Below are positions 1 through 13,299 of a stretch of 64,000 nucleotides of DNA, piece after piece (position 1 is the first letter of the stretch; each line of letters starts with the position of its first letter). The notes beneath the pieces are model-generated. The model had not been told where the DNA came from. It ran no database searches and saw only the letters and a program-made list of their open reading frames with translations. Where the stretch lies: NCBI GenBank assembly GCA_027923505.1, contig BROI01000002.1, positions 2,666,001 through 2,730,000 on the forward strand, read 5' to 3'. The position numbers and the translations under genes are program-made. Origin of the DNA: Mayamaea pseudoterrestris. Taxonomy: Eukaryota.

Positions 1-219
1 CTATGCGGCGTGGTCATTAAAAATTATTACGAGAACATCCACTAGATACTAAAGTAGCTTTGGCGATACATATAATAAGTAGGTGATATTACTTGCCATT
101 TGAAAACAACTTTGGTCATGATTGACAAACTCGTCAAAGTGACATGAGTCCCGCCTGGACCACGCAGATATTGATCAGCTCTCCAGCCGCTGACCGATCA
201 TGGCATATGAATCCTGTTG

Positions 220-3200
220 GAGACTGCGAGGTCATGCATTCATCACTAGCCCATGTAGTCTCCAAGTGGCCTCTCTGTGACAGGGACTGCCAGCATTTCA
301 TGTCCCCAGGCTTGTCCTCAGTAGTGGCTGCCATGACCCACTCGACAACAGCCAAGTGGGAATTGCAGCTGGTACATCAGTTTGCCGAGGCAAGACTTCT
401 TTCTTTCATCATGTCAAAAGTTCAAATGTGTCCTGACCCGACTGCAGCTTGTCTAAAGCGCTTGTCCTCCAGTGACTGGCTCCTCTCCAACAGGCAGAGA
501 GGTGTCAATTGATAGCTGGCAGTTGACAGACATTGTTTCATGATGTCAGAAGTGCAATGCATTCCTCACTAGCCCATGTAGTCTCCAAGTTCTGTGACAG
601 GGACTGCCAGAATTGCATGTCTCAAGGCTTGTCCCCAGTAGCTGGCTGCCATGAACCACTCCAACAGGCAGAGAGGTGTCAATTGATAGCTGGCAGTTGA
701 CAGGCATTGTTTCATGATGTCAAAAGTGCAATGCATTCATCACTAGCCCATGTAGTCTCCAAGTTCTGTGACAGGGACTGCCAGCATTTCATGTCCCCAG
801 GCTTGTCCTCAGTAGCTGGCTGCCATGACCCACTCCAACAGCCAGAGTGGTGTCAACTGGTAGCTGGCAGTTGACAGGCATTGTTTCATCATGTCAAAAG
901 TGCAATGCATTCATCACTAGCCCATGTAGTCTCCAAGTTCTGTGACAGGGACTGCCAGAATTGCATGTCTCCAGGCTTGTCCACAGTAGCTGACTGCCAT
1001 AAACCACTCCAACAGCCAGAGAGGTGTCAATTGACAGCTGACAGTTGACAAGCATTGTTTCATGATATTACAAGTGCAATGCATTCATCACTAGCCCATG
1101 TAGTCTCCAAGTTCTGTGACAGGGACTGCCAGCATTTCATGTCCCCAGGCTTGTCCTCAGTAGCTGGCTGCCATAACCCACTCCAACAGCCAGAGTTATA
1201 TCAATTGATAGCTGGCAGTTGACAGACATTGTTTCATGATGTCAGAAGTGCAATGCATTCATCAATAGCCCATGCAGTCTCCAAGTTCTGTGACAGGGAC
1301 TGCCAGCATTTCATGTCCCAAGGCTTGTCCCCAGTAGCTGGCTGCCATGAACCACTCCAACAGCCAGAGAGGTGTCAATTGATAGCTGGCAGTTGCCAGG
1401 CATTGAACTGTGATGTTAAAAGTGCAATGCATTCATCACTAGCTCATGTATTCTCCAAGTTCCATGACAGGGACTGCCAGCATTTCATGTCCCCAGGCTT
1501 GTCCTCAGTAGCTGGCCGCCATAACCCACTCCAACAGCCAGAGTGGTGTCAATTGATAGCTGGCAGTTGACAGGCATTGTTTCATCATGTCAAAAGTGCA
1601 ATGCATTCATCACTAGCCCATGTAGTCTCCAAGTTCCATGACAGGGACTGCCAGCATTTCATGTCCCCAGGCTTGTCCTCAGTAGCTGGCCGCCATAACC
1701 CACTCCAACAGCCAGAGAGGTGTCAATTGATAGCTGGCAGTTGACAGGCATTGTTTCATGATGTCAAAAATGCAATGCATTCATCAATAGCCCATGCAGT
1801 CGCCAAGTTCTGTGACAGGGACTGCCTGAATTTCATGTCCCCAGACTTGTCCGTCCTCAGTAGCTGGCCGCCATAACCCACTCCAACAGCCAGAGTGGTG
1901 TCAATTGATAGCTGGCAGTTGGCAGGCATTGTTTCATCATGTCAAAAGTGCAATGCATTCATCACTAGCCCATATAGTCTCCAAGTTCCATGACAGGGAC
2001 TGCCAGAATTGCATGTCTCCAGGCTTGTCCACAGTAGGTTGCTGCCATAAACCACTCCAACAGCCAGAGAGGTGTCAATTGACACTGACAATTGACAAGC
2101 ATTGTTTCATGATGTTACAAGTGCAATGCATTCATCACTAGCCCATGCAGTCTCCAAGTTCTGTGACAGGGACTGCCAGCATTTCATGTCCCCAGGCTTG
2201 TCCTCAGTAGCTGGCTGCCATAACCCACTCCAACAGCCAGAGTGGTATCAATTGATAGCTGGAAGTTGATAGACATTATTTCATGATGTCAGAAGTGCAA
2301 TGCATTCATCAATAGCCCATGTAGTCTCCAAGTTCTGCCAGTAGGACCGCCTGAATTTCATGTCCCCAGGTTTGTCCACAGTAGCTGGCTGCCATTACCC
2401 ACTCCAACGGCCAGAGAGGTGTCAATTGATAGCTGGCAGTTGACAGGCATTGTTTCATGATGTTAAAAGTGCAATGCATTCATCACTAGCCCATGTAGTC
2501 TTCAAGTTCTGTGACAGGGACTGCCAGAATTTCATGTCCCCAGGCTTGTCCACAGTAGCTCACTGCCATAATCCACTCCAACAGCCAGAGAGGTGTCAAT
2601 TGATAGCTGGCAGTTGACAGGCATTGTTTCATGATGTCAAAAGTGCAATGCATTCATCACTAGCCCATGTAGTCTCCAAGTTCTGTGACAGGGACTGCCA
2701 GACTTTCATGTCCCCAGGCTTGTCCACAGTAGCTCACTGCCATAATCCACTCCAACAGCCAGAGAGGTGTCAATTGATAGCTGGCAGTTGACAAGCATTG
2801 TTTCATGATGTTAAAAGTGCAATGCATTCATCACTAGTCCATGTAGTCTCCAAGTTCTGTGACAGGGACTGCCAGCATTTCATGTCCCCAGGCTTGTCCT
2901 CAGTAGCTGGCTGCCATGACCCACTCCAACAGCCAGAGTAGTGTCAATTGATAGCTGGCAGTTGACAGGCATTGTTTCATCATGTCAAAAGTGCAATGCA
3001 TTTATCACTAGCCCATGTAGTCTCCAAGTTCTGTGACAGGGACTGCCAGAATTGCATGTCTCCAGGCTTGTCCACAGTAGCTGGCTGCCATAACCCACTC
3101 CAACAGCCAGAGTGGTATCAATTGATAGCTGGCAGTTGACAAGCATTGTTTCATGATGTCAGAAGTGGAATGCATTCATCAATAGCCCATGTAGTCTCCA

Positions 3201-6200
3201 AGTTCTGCCAGTAGGACCGCCTGAATTTCATGTCCCCAGGTTTGTCCACAGTAGCTGGCTGCCATTACCCACTCCAACGGCCAGAGAGGTGTCAATTGAT
3301 AGCTGGCAGTTGACAGGCATTGTTTCATGATGTTAAAAGTGCAATGCATTCATCACTAGCCCATGTAGTCTCCAAGTTCTGTGACAGGGACTGCCAGAAT
3401 TTCATGTCCCCAGGCTTGTCCACAGTAGCTCACTGCCATAATCCACTCCAACAGCCAGAGAGGTGTCAATTGATAGCTGGCAGTTGACAGGCATTGTTTC
3501 ATGATGTCAAAAGTGCAATGCATTCATCACTAGCCCATGTAGTCTCCAAGTTCTGTGACAGGGACTGCCAGACTTTCATGTCCCCAGGCGTGTCCACAGT
3601 GGCTCACTGCCATAATCCACTCCAACAGCCAGAGAGGTGTCAATTGATAGCTGGCAGTTGACAAGCATTGTTTCATCATGTCAAAAGTGCAATGCATTCA
3701 TCACTAGTCCATGTAGTCTCCAAGTTCTGTGACAGGGACTGCCAGAATTGCATGTCTCCAGGCTTGTCCACAGTAGCTCACTGCCATAATCCACTCCAAC
3801 AGCCAGAGTGGTGTCAATTGATAGCTGGCAGTTGACAGGCATTGTTTCATCATGTCAAAAGTGCAATGCATTTATCACTAGCCCATGTAGTCTCCAAGTT
3901 CTGTGACAGGGAATGCCAGAATTGCATGTCTCCAGGCTTGTCCACAGTAGCTGACTGCCATAACCCAGTCCAACAGCCAGAGAGGTGTCAATTGATAGCT
4001 GGCAGTTGACAGGCTTTGTTTCATGATGTCAAAAGTGCAATGCATTCATCACTAGCCCATGTAGTCTCCAAGTTCTGTGACAGGGACTGCCAGAATTTTA
4101 TGTCCCCAGGTTTGTCCACAGTAGCTCACTGCCATAATCCACTCCAACAGCCAGAGAGGTGTCAATTGATAGCTGGCAGTTGACAGCATTGTTTCATGAT
4201 GTCAAAAGTGCAATGCATTCATCACTAGCCCATGTAGTCTCCAAGTTCTGTGACAGGGACTGCCAGAATTTTATATCCCCAGGCTTGTCCACAGTAGCTC
4301 ACTGCCATAATCCACTCCAACAGCCAGAGAGGTGTCAATTGATTGCTGGCTGTTGACAAGCATTGTTTCATGATGTTAAAAGTGCAATGCATTCATCACT
4401 AGCTCATGTAGTCTCCAAGTTCCATGACAGGGACTGCCAGCATTTCATGTCCCCAGGCTTGTCCTCAGTAGCTGGCCACCATAACCCACTCCAACAGCCA
4501 GATTGGTATCAATTGATAGCTGGCAGTTGACAGGCATTGTTTCATGATGTCAAAAATGCAATGCATTCATCACTAGCCCATGTAGTCTCCAAGTTCCGTG
4601 ACAGGGACTGCCAGCATTTCATGTCCCCAGGCTTGTCCTCAGTAGCTGACTGCCATAACCCAGTCCAACAGCCAGAGTGGTGTCAATTGATAGCTGGCAG
4701 TTGACAGGCATTGTTTCATGATGTCAAAAGTGCAATGCATTCATCACTAGCCCATGTAGTCTCCAAGTTCTGTGACAGGGACTGCCAGAATTTCATGTCC
4801 CCAGGCTTGTCCACAGTAGCTCACTGCCATAATCCACTCCAACAGCCAGAGTGGTGTCAATTGATAGCTGGCAGTTGACAGGCATTGTTTCATCATGTCA
4901 AAAGTGCAATGCATTTATCACTAGCCCATGTAGTCTCCAAGTTCTGTGACAGGGAATGCCAGAATTGCATGTCTCCAGGCTTGTCCACAGTAGCTGACTG
5001 CCATAACCCAGTCCAATAGCCAGAGAGGTGTCAATTGATAGCTGGCAGTTGACAGGCTTTGTTTCATGATGTCAAAAGTGCAATGCATTCATCACTAGCC
5101 CATGTAGTCTCCAAGTTCTGTGACAGGGACTGCCGGAATTTCATGTCCCCAGCCTTGCCCACAGTAGCTCACTGCCATAATCCACTCCAACAGCCAGAGA
5201 GGTGTCAATTGATAGCTGGCAGTTGACATGCATTGTTTCATGATGTCAAAAGTGCAATGCATTCATCACTAGCCCATGTAGTCTCCAAGTTCCATGACAG
5301 GGACTGCCTGAATTTCATGTCCCCAGGCTTGTCCACAGTAGCTCACTGCCATAACCCAGTCCAACAGCCAGAGAGGTGTCAATTGATAGCTGGCAGTTGA
5401 CAAGCATTGTTTCATGATGTCAAAAGTGCAATGCATTCATCACTAGCCCATGTAGTCTCCAAGTTCCATGACAGGGACTGCCAGCATTTCATGTCCCCAG
5501 GCTTGTCCTCAGTAGCTGGCTGCCATAACCCACTCCAACAGCCAGAGTGGTGTCAATTGATAGCTGGCAGTTGACAGGCATTGTTTCATGATGTCAAAAA
5601 TGCAATGCATTCATCACTAGCCCATGTAGTCTCCAAGTTCTGTGACAGGGACTGCCAGCATTTCATGTCCCCAGGCTTGTCCTCAGTAGCTGACTGCCAT
5701 AACCCAGTCCAACAGCCAGAGTGGTGTCAATTGATAGCTGGCAGTTGACAGGCATTGTTTCATGATGTCAAAAGTGCAATGCATTCATCAATAGCCCATG
5801 TAGTCTCCAAGTTCTGTGACAGGGACTGCCAGCATTTCATGTCCCCAGGCTTGTCCTCAGTAGCTGGCTGCCATAACCCAGTCCAACAGCCAGAGAGGTG
5901 TCAATTGATAGCTGGCAGTTGACAGGCATTGTTTCATGATGTCAAAAGTGCAATGCATTCATCACTAGCCCATGTAGTCTCCAAGTTCTGTGACAGGGAC
6001 TGCCAGAATTTCATGTCCCCAGGCTTGTCCACAGTAGCTCACTGCCATAATCCACTCCAACAGCCAGAGAGGTGTCAATTGATAGCTGGCAGTTGACAGG
6101 CATTGTTTCATGATGTTAAAAGTGCAATACATTCATCACTAGCCCATGTAGTCTCCAAGTCCCATGCCAGGGACTGCCAGCATTTCATGTCCCCAGGCTT

Positions 6201-6520
6201 GCCCACAGTAGCTGGCTGCCATAACCCACTCCAACAGCCAGAGAGGTGTCAATTGATAGCTGGCAGTTGACAGGCATTGTTTCATGATGTCAAAAGTGCA
6301 ATGCATTCATCACTAGCCCATGTTGTCTCCAAGTTCTGTGACAGGGACTGCCAGAATTTCGTGCCCCAAGGCTTGTCCTCCGTAGCTGGCCACCATAATC
6401 CACTCCAACAGCCAGGGAGGTGTCTCAAAAGACTGCAATGTGACTGGTGAGAAGTTATCACCATTCTTTCGCTGATGTCAAAGTGCAATCATTCTCAATA
6501 GCCCATGTAGTCTCCAAGTT
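220..6520 (+). repeat. Satellite A, 174-bp tandem repeat, about 35 copies
   Basis: The ACAG of TGTGACAGGGACTG recurs at 597, 771 and 945 (period 174). Consensus includes GTCAATTGATAGCTGGCAGTTGACAGGCATTGTTTCATGATGTCAAAAGTGCAATGCATTCATCACTAGCCCATGTAGTCTCCAAG. Edges are degenerate. Confidence 0.97.
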
Positions 6521-6554
6521 TAGCAGTCGCAGTTTTCTGTGCTGCCTCTCCTCC

Positions 6555-9500
6555 AGGGGATGGCAATGTATTTGGTGACAACTTGTCACCACGTCTCAGA
6601 CAGCTGCACTGGATACAGCCATGCACCGCGGAAAGAAACAGCTGGGCCCATTCTGATTGCACCAGGATAATGCCACCAACCTATTTTTAGCTGCGCTACA
6701 AAATGGTATGCTTGGCTGGTGTCTCAGAAACTGCAATGTGATTGGTGACAACTTGTCACCAGTCTCAGCCCACAGATGCCTTGATATTCAATCGCCCCTA
6801 TAGCAAGCCATGTATACACCCAAATCACAGCAAAATGGTGCCAACATCATTCTTCAGGCTGCACGACTAGGTGGAATGCTTGGCTGGTGTCTCAGGGGTT
6901 GGCATTGTATTTGGTGACAACTTGTCACCAGTCTCAGCCCGCTGAAGCCATGACATTCAAACGCCCCTACAGCAAGCCCTGTAGGTGCCCAAATTACACA
7001 AGAATGGTGCCAACATCATAAGTCAGGCTGCGCTACAAGATGGCAGGCTTGGCTGGTGTCTCAGGGGATGGCAATGTATTTGGTGACAACTTGTCACCAG
7101 TCTCAGCCCGCAGATGCCGTGACATTCAAACGCACCTACAGCAAGCCCTGTAGGTGCCCAAATTACACCAGAATGGTGCCAACATTATTATTCAGGCTGC
7201 ACTACAGGAAGCAAAGCTTGGCTGGTGTCTCAGGGGATGGCAATGTATTTGGTGACAACTTGTCACCAGTCTCAGCCAACAGATGCCATGACATTAAAAC
7301 AACCCTACAGCAAGCCCTGTAGGTGCCCAAATTACACCAGAATGGTGTCAACATCATTATTCAGGCTGCGCTACTAGATGGCAGGCTTGGCTGTTGTCTC
7401 AGGGGATGGCAATGTATTTGGTGACAACTTGTCACCAGTCTCAGCCTGCAGATGCCGTGACATTCAAACGCCCCTACAGCAAGCCCTGTAGGTGCCCAAA
7501 TTACACCAGAATGGTGCCAACATCCATCATTATTCCGGCTGCGCTACAAGATGGCAGGCTTGGCTGGGGTCTCAGGGGATGGCAATGTATTTGGTGACAA
7601 CTTGTCACCAGTCTCAGCCAGCAGATGCCGTGATATTCAAACGCCCCTACAGCAAGCCCTGTAGGTTCCCAAATTACACCAGAATGGTGCCAACATCATT
7701 ATCCAGGCTGCGCTACAAGATGGTAGGCTTGGCTGGTGTCTCAGGGGATGGCAATGTATCTGGTGACAACTTGTCACCAGTCTTCAGCCGCAGATGCCAT
7801 GATATTCTTACGCCCCTACAGCAAGCCCTGTAGGTGCCCAAATTACACCAGAATGGTGTCAACATCATTATTCAGGCTGCGCTACTAGATGGCAGGCTTG
7901 GCTGGTGTCTCAGGGGATGGCAATGTATTTGGTGACAACCTGTCACCAGTCTCAGCCTGCAGATGCCGTGACATTCAAACACCCCTAGAGCAAGCCCTGT
8001 AGGTGCCCAAATTACACCACAATGGTGCCAACATCATTATTCAGGCTGCACTACAAGATGGTAGGCTTGGCTGGGGTCTCAGGGGATGGCAATGTATTTG
8101 GTGACAACTTGTCACCAGTCTCAGCCAGCAGATGCTGTGACATTCAAACGCCCCTACAGCAAGCCCTGTAGGTGCCCAAATTACACCAGAATGGTGCCAA
8201 CATCATTATTCAGGCTGCACTACAAGATGGCAGGCTTGGCTGGTGTTTCAGGGGATGGCAATGTATTTGGTGACAACTTGTCACCAGTCGCAGCCAGCAG
8301 ATGCCGTGACATTCAAACGCCCCTACAGCAAGTCCTGTGGGTGCCCAAATTACACCAGAATGGTGCCAACATCATTATCAGGCTGCGCTACAAGATGAAA
8401 AGCTTGGCTGGTGTCTCAGGGGATGGCAATGTATTTGGTGACAACTTGTCACCAGATTCAGCCAGCAGATGCCTCAACATTCAAACGCGCCTACAGCAAG
8501 CCCTGTAGGTTCCCAAATTACACCGAATGGTGCCAACATCATTATCCCGGCTGCGCTACAAGATGGAAAGCTTGGCTGGTGTCTCAGGGGATGGCAATGT
8601 ATTTGGTGACAACTTGTCACCAGTCTCAGCCAGCAGATGCCGTGATATTCAAATGCCCCTACAGCAGGCCCTGTAGGTGCCCAAATTACACCAGAATGGT
8701 GCCAACATCATTATTCAGGCTGCGCTACAAGATGGCAGGCTTGGCTGGGGTCTCAGGGGATGGCAATGTATTTGGTGACAACTTGTCACCAGTCTCAGCC
8801 CACAGATGCCATGACATTCAAACGCCCCTACAGCAAGCCCTGTAGGTGCCCAAATTACACTAGAATGGTGCCAACATTATTTTTCAGGGTGCGCTACGAG
8901 ATGGTAGGCTTGGCTGGTATTTAAGAGGATGGCAATGTATTTGGTGACAACTTGTCACCAGTCTCAGCCCGCTGATGCCATGATATTCAAACGCCCCTAC
9001 CGCAAGCCCTGTAGGTTCCCAAATTACACCAGAATGGTGCCAACATCATTATCCAGGCTGCGCTACAAGATGGTAGGCTTGGCTGGTGTCTCAGGGGATG
9101 GCAATGTATTTGGTGACAACTTGTCACCAGTCTCAGCCAGCAGATGCCGTGACATTCAAACGCCCCTACAGCAAGCCCTGTAGGTGCCCAAATTACACCA
9201 GAATGGTGCCAACATCCTTATGCAGGCTGCGCTACAAGATGGCAGGCTTGGCTGGGGTCTCAGGGGATGGCAATGTATTTGGTGACAACTTGTCACCAGT
9301 CTCAGCTGCAGATGCCGTTACATTCAAACGCCCCTACGGCAAGCCCTGTAGGTTCCCAAATTACACCAGAATGGTGCCAACATTATTATCCAGGCTGAGC
9401 TACAAGATGGTAGGCTTGGCTGGTGTCTCAGGGGATGGTAATGTATTTGGTGACAACTTGTCACCAGTCTCAGCCGTAGATGCCATGACATTCAAATGCA

Positions 9501-12500
9501 CCTACAGCAAGCCCTGTCGGTGCCCAAATTACACCAGAGTGGTGCCAACATCTTTTTGCAGGCTGCACTACAAGATGGCAGGCTTGGCTGGTGTCTCAGG
9601 GGATGTCAATGTATTTGGTGACAACTTGTCACCAGTCGCAGCGAGCAGATGCCGTGACATTCAAACGCCCCTACAGCAAGCCCTGTAGGTGCCCAAATTA
9701 CACCAGAATGGTGCCAACATCCTTATCCAGGCTGCGCTACAAGATGAAAAGCTTGGCTGGTGTCTCAGGGGATGGCAATGTATTTGGTGACAACTTGTCA
9801 CCAGTCTCAGCCAGCAGATGCCGTGACATTCAAACGCCCCTACAGCAAGCCCTGTAGGTGCCCAAATTACACCAGAATGGTGCCAACATCATTATTCAGG
9901 CTGCGCTACAAGATGGCAGGCTTGGCTGGGGTCTCAGGGGATGGTAATGTATTTGGTGACAACTTGTCACCAGTCTCAGCCGTAGATGCCATGACATTCA
10001 AATGCCCCTACAGCAAGCCCTGTAGGTGCCCAAATTACACCAGAGTGGTGCCAACATCATTATTCAGGATGCACTACAAGATAGCAGGCTTTGCTGGTGT
10101 CTCAGGGGATGGCAATGTATTTGGTGACAACTTGTCACCAATCGCAGCCAGCAGATGCTGTGACATTCAAACGCCCCTACAGCAAGCCATGTAGGTGCCC
10201 AAATTACACCAGAATGGTGCCAACATCATAAGTCAGGGTGCGCTACAAGATGGTAGGCTTGGCTGGTGTCTCAGGGGATGGTAATGTATTTGGTGACAAC
10301 TTGTCACCAGTCTCAGCCCGCAGATGCCATGACATTCAAACGCAATTACAGCAAGCCCTATAGGTGCCCAAATTACACCAGAATGGTGCCAACATCATTA
10401 TTCAGGCTGCACTACAAGATGGCAGGCTTGGCTGGTGTCTCAGGGGATGGCAATGTATTTGGTGACAACTTGTCACCAGTCTCAGCCAGCAGATGCCGTG
10501 ACATTCAAACGCCCCTACAGCAAGCCCTGTAGGTGCCCAAATTACACCAGAATGGTGCCAGCATCATAAGTCAGGCTGCGCTACAAGATGGCAGGCTTGG
10601 CTGGTGACTCAGGGGATGGCAATGTATTTGGTGACAACTTGTCACCAGTCTCAGCTGTAGATGCCATGACATTCAAATGCACCTACAGCAAGCCCTGTAG
10701 GTGCCCAAATTACACCAGAGTGGTGCCAACATCATTATTCAGGATGCACTACAAGATGGCAGGCTTTGCTGGTGTCTCAGGGGATGGCAATGTATTTGGT
10801 GACAACTTGTCACCAATCGCAGCCAGCAGATGCCGTGACATTCAAACGCCCCTACAGCAAGCCATGTAGGTGCCCAAATTACACCAGAATGGTGCCAACA
10901 TCATAAGTCAGGGTGCGCTACAAGATGGCAGGCTTGGCTGGTGTCTCAGGGGATGGTAATGTATTTGGTGACAACTTGTCACCAGTCTCAGCTGTAGATG
11001 CCATGACATTCAAATGCACCTACAGCAAGCCCTGTAGGTGCCCAAATTACACCAGAGTGGTGCCAACATCATTATTCAGGCTGCACTACAAGATGGCAGG
11101 CTTGGCTGGGGTCTAAGGGGATGGCAATGTATTTGGTGACAACTTGTCACCAGTCTCAGCCAGCAGATGCCGTGACATTCAAACGCCCCTAGAGCAAGCC
11201 CTGTAGGTGCCCAAATTACACCAGAATGGTGCCAATATCATTATCCAGGCTGCGCTACAAGATGGAAAGCTTGGCTGGTGTCTCAGGGGATGGCAATGTA
11301 TTTGGTGACAACTTGTCACCAGTCTCAGCCAGCAGATGCCGTGACATTCAAACGCCCCTACAGCAAGCCCTGTAGGTTCCCAAATTACACCAGAATGGTG
11401 CCAACATCATTATTCCGGCTGCGCTACAAGATGGCAGGCTTGGCTGGGGTCTCAGGGGATGGCAATGTATTTGGTGACAACTTGTCACCAGTCTCAGCCA
11501 GCAGATGCCGTGACATTCAAACGCCCCTAGAGCAATCCCTGTAGGTGCCCAAATTACACCAGAATGGTGCCAACATCCTTATTCAGGCTGCGCTACAAGA
11601 TGGCAGCCTTGGCTGGGGTATCAGGGGATGGCAATGTATTTGGTGACAACTTGTCACCAGTCTCAGCCAGCAGATGCCGTGACATTCCCTACGGCAAGCC
11701 CTGTAGGTTCCCAAATTACACCAGAATGGTGCCAACATCCATCATTATTCCGGCTGCGCTACAAGATGGCAGGCTTGGCTGGGGTCTCAGGGGATGGCAA
11801 TGTATTTGGTGACAACTTGTCACCAGTCTCAGCCAGCAGATGCCGTGACATTCAAACGCCCCTACAGCAAGCCCTGTAGGTGCCCAAATTACACCAGAAT
11901 GGTGCCAACATCATTATTCAGGCTGCGCTACAAGATGGAAAGCTTGGCTGGTGTCTCAGAAGACTGCAATGTATTTGGTGACAACTTGTCACCAGTCTCA
12001 GCCAGCAGATGCCGTGACATTCAAACGCCCCTACAGCAAGCCCTGTAGGTGCCCAAATTACACCAGAATGGTGCCAACATCATTATTCTCGCTGCGCTAC
12101 AATATGGCAGGCTTGGCTGGTGTCTCAGGGGATGGCAATGTATTTGGTGACAACTTGTCACCAGTCTCAGTCGCAGATGTCATGACATTCAAACGCCCCT
12201 AGCCCTGTAGGTGCCCAAATTCCTCCAGAATGGTGCCAACATCATTATTTTGGCTGCACTACAAGATGGCAGGCTTGGCTGGTGTCTCAGGGGATGGTAA
12301 TGTATTTGGTGACAACTTGTCACCAGTCTCAGCCAGCAGATGCCATGACATTCAAACGCCCCTACAGCAAGCCCTATAGGTGCCCAAATTACACCAGAAT
12401 GGTGCCAACATAATTATTCAGGCTACGCTACAAGATGGAAAGCTTGACTGGGGTCTCAGAAGACTGCAATGTATTTTGTGACAACTTGTCGCCAGTCTCA

Positions 12501-12820
12501 ACCAGCAGATGCCGTTACATTCAAACGCCCCTACAGCAAGCCCAGTAGGTGCCCAAATTACACCAGAATGGTGCCAACATCATTATTCTCGCTGCGCTAC
12601 AATATGGCAGGCTTGGCTGGTGTCTCAGGGGATGGCAATGTATTTGGTGACAACTTGTCACCAGTCTCAGTCGCAGATGCCATGACATTCAAACGCCCCT
12701 ACAGCAAGCCCTGTAGGTGCCCAAATTACACCAGAATGGTGCCAACATCATTTTTCAGGCTGCGCTACAAGATGGTAGGCTTGGCTGGTGTCTCAGGGGA
12801 TGGTAATGTATTTGGTGCAC
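6555..12820 (+). repeat. Satellite B, 169-bp tandem repeat, forward array, about 36 copies
   Basis: Equivalent ORF starts at 7056 and 7394 (2x169) and at 9591 and 9760 (169). Consensus begins GTCTCAGGGGATGGCAATGTATTTGGTGACAACTTGTCACCAGTCTCAGCC. Confidence 0.97.
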
Positions 12821-13299
12821 AACGTGTTGTCACCAGTCTCACCAGCTGTTGCTTTCCCGTGCATGGCATGTATCCAGTGCAGCTGCCCCTCAAGAGGCAG
12901 CGATGTCCGTGGTTGCGTATGCGAAATCACCCGGGAAACTCCGGGTGCCTCAAGAAACACGTCATCGAATGACCCGCAGCGAGTCCTGTCTTGACAGGAG
13001 TCGCCCAACCAACAAACAAACAAGCTGGCTAGACAACAGGGTTGGCAAGAAGCGCATGAGGGCTCGTCAGGGGATCGGCAATTGTCTTGGTTGTCCGTCA
13101 CATCCATTGATGTCGCATCTGACGTGATCCCGAACCATCGATGATGTGTGCCCATCACTCAAAGTGTACTCAAAGGTATCTTCTGAGTGTCCCAAGGCAA
13201 TCTCCCTAAACATCCGCCTGGCAGGAGATTGTGACAACTTGTCACCAGTCTCAGCCAGCAGATGCCATGACCACATGCAAATGACACGATGTAGTTCCA

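Noticed and set aside
1229..6488. Satellite A as a 58-aa repeat protein (174 is divisible by 3)
   Set aside because: The frames I translated have stops in most monomers, indels occur, and no domain is recognisable.
7081..7099. Shared TGACA/TGTCA between satellites and LTR termini as an integrase-site mimic
   Set aside because: The match is only 5-9 bp, and the actual insertion at 21734 is not at the palindrome.
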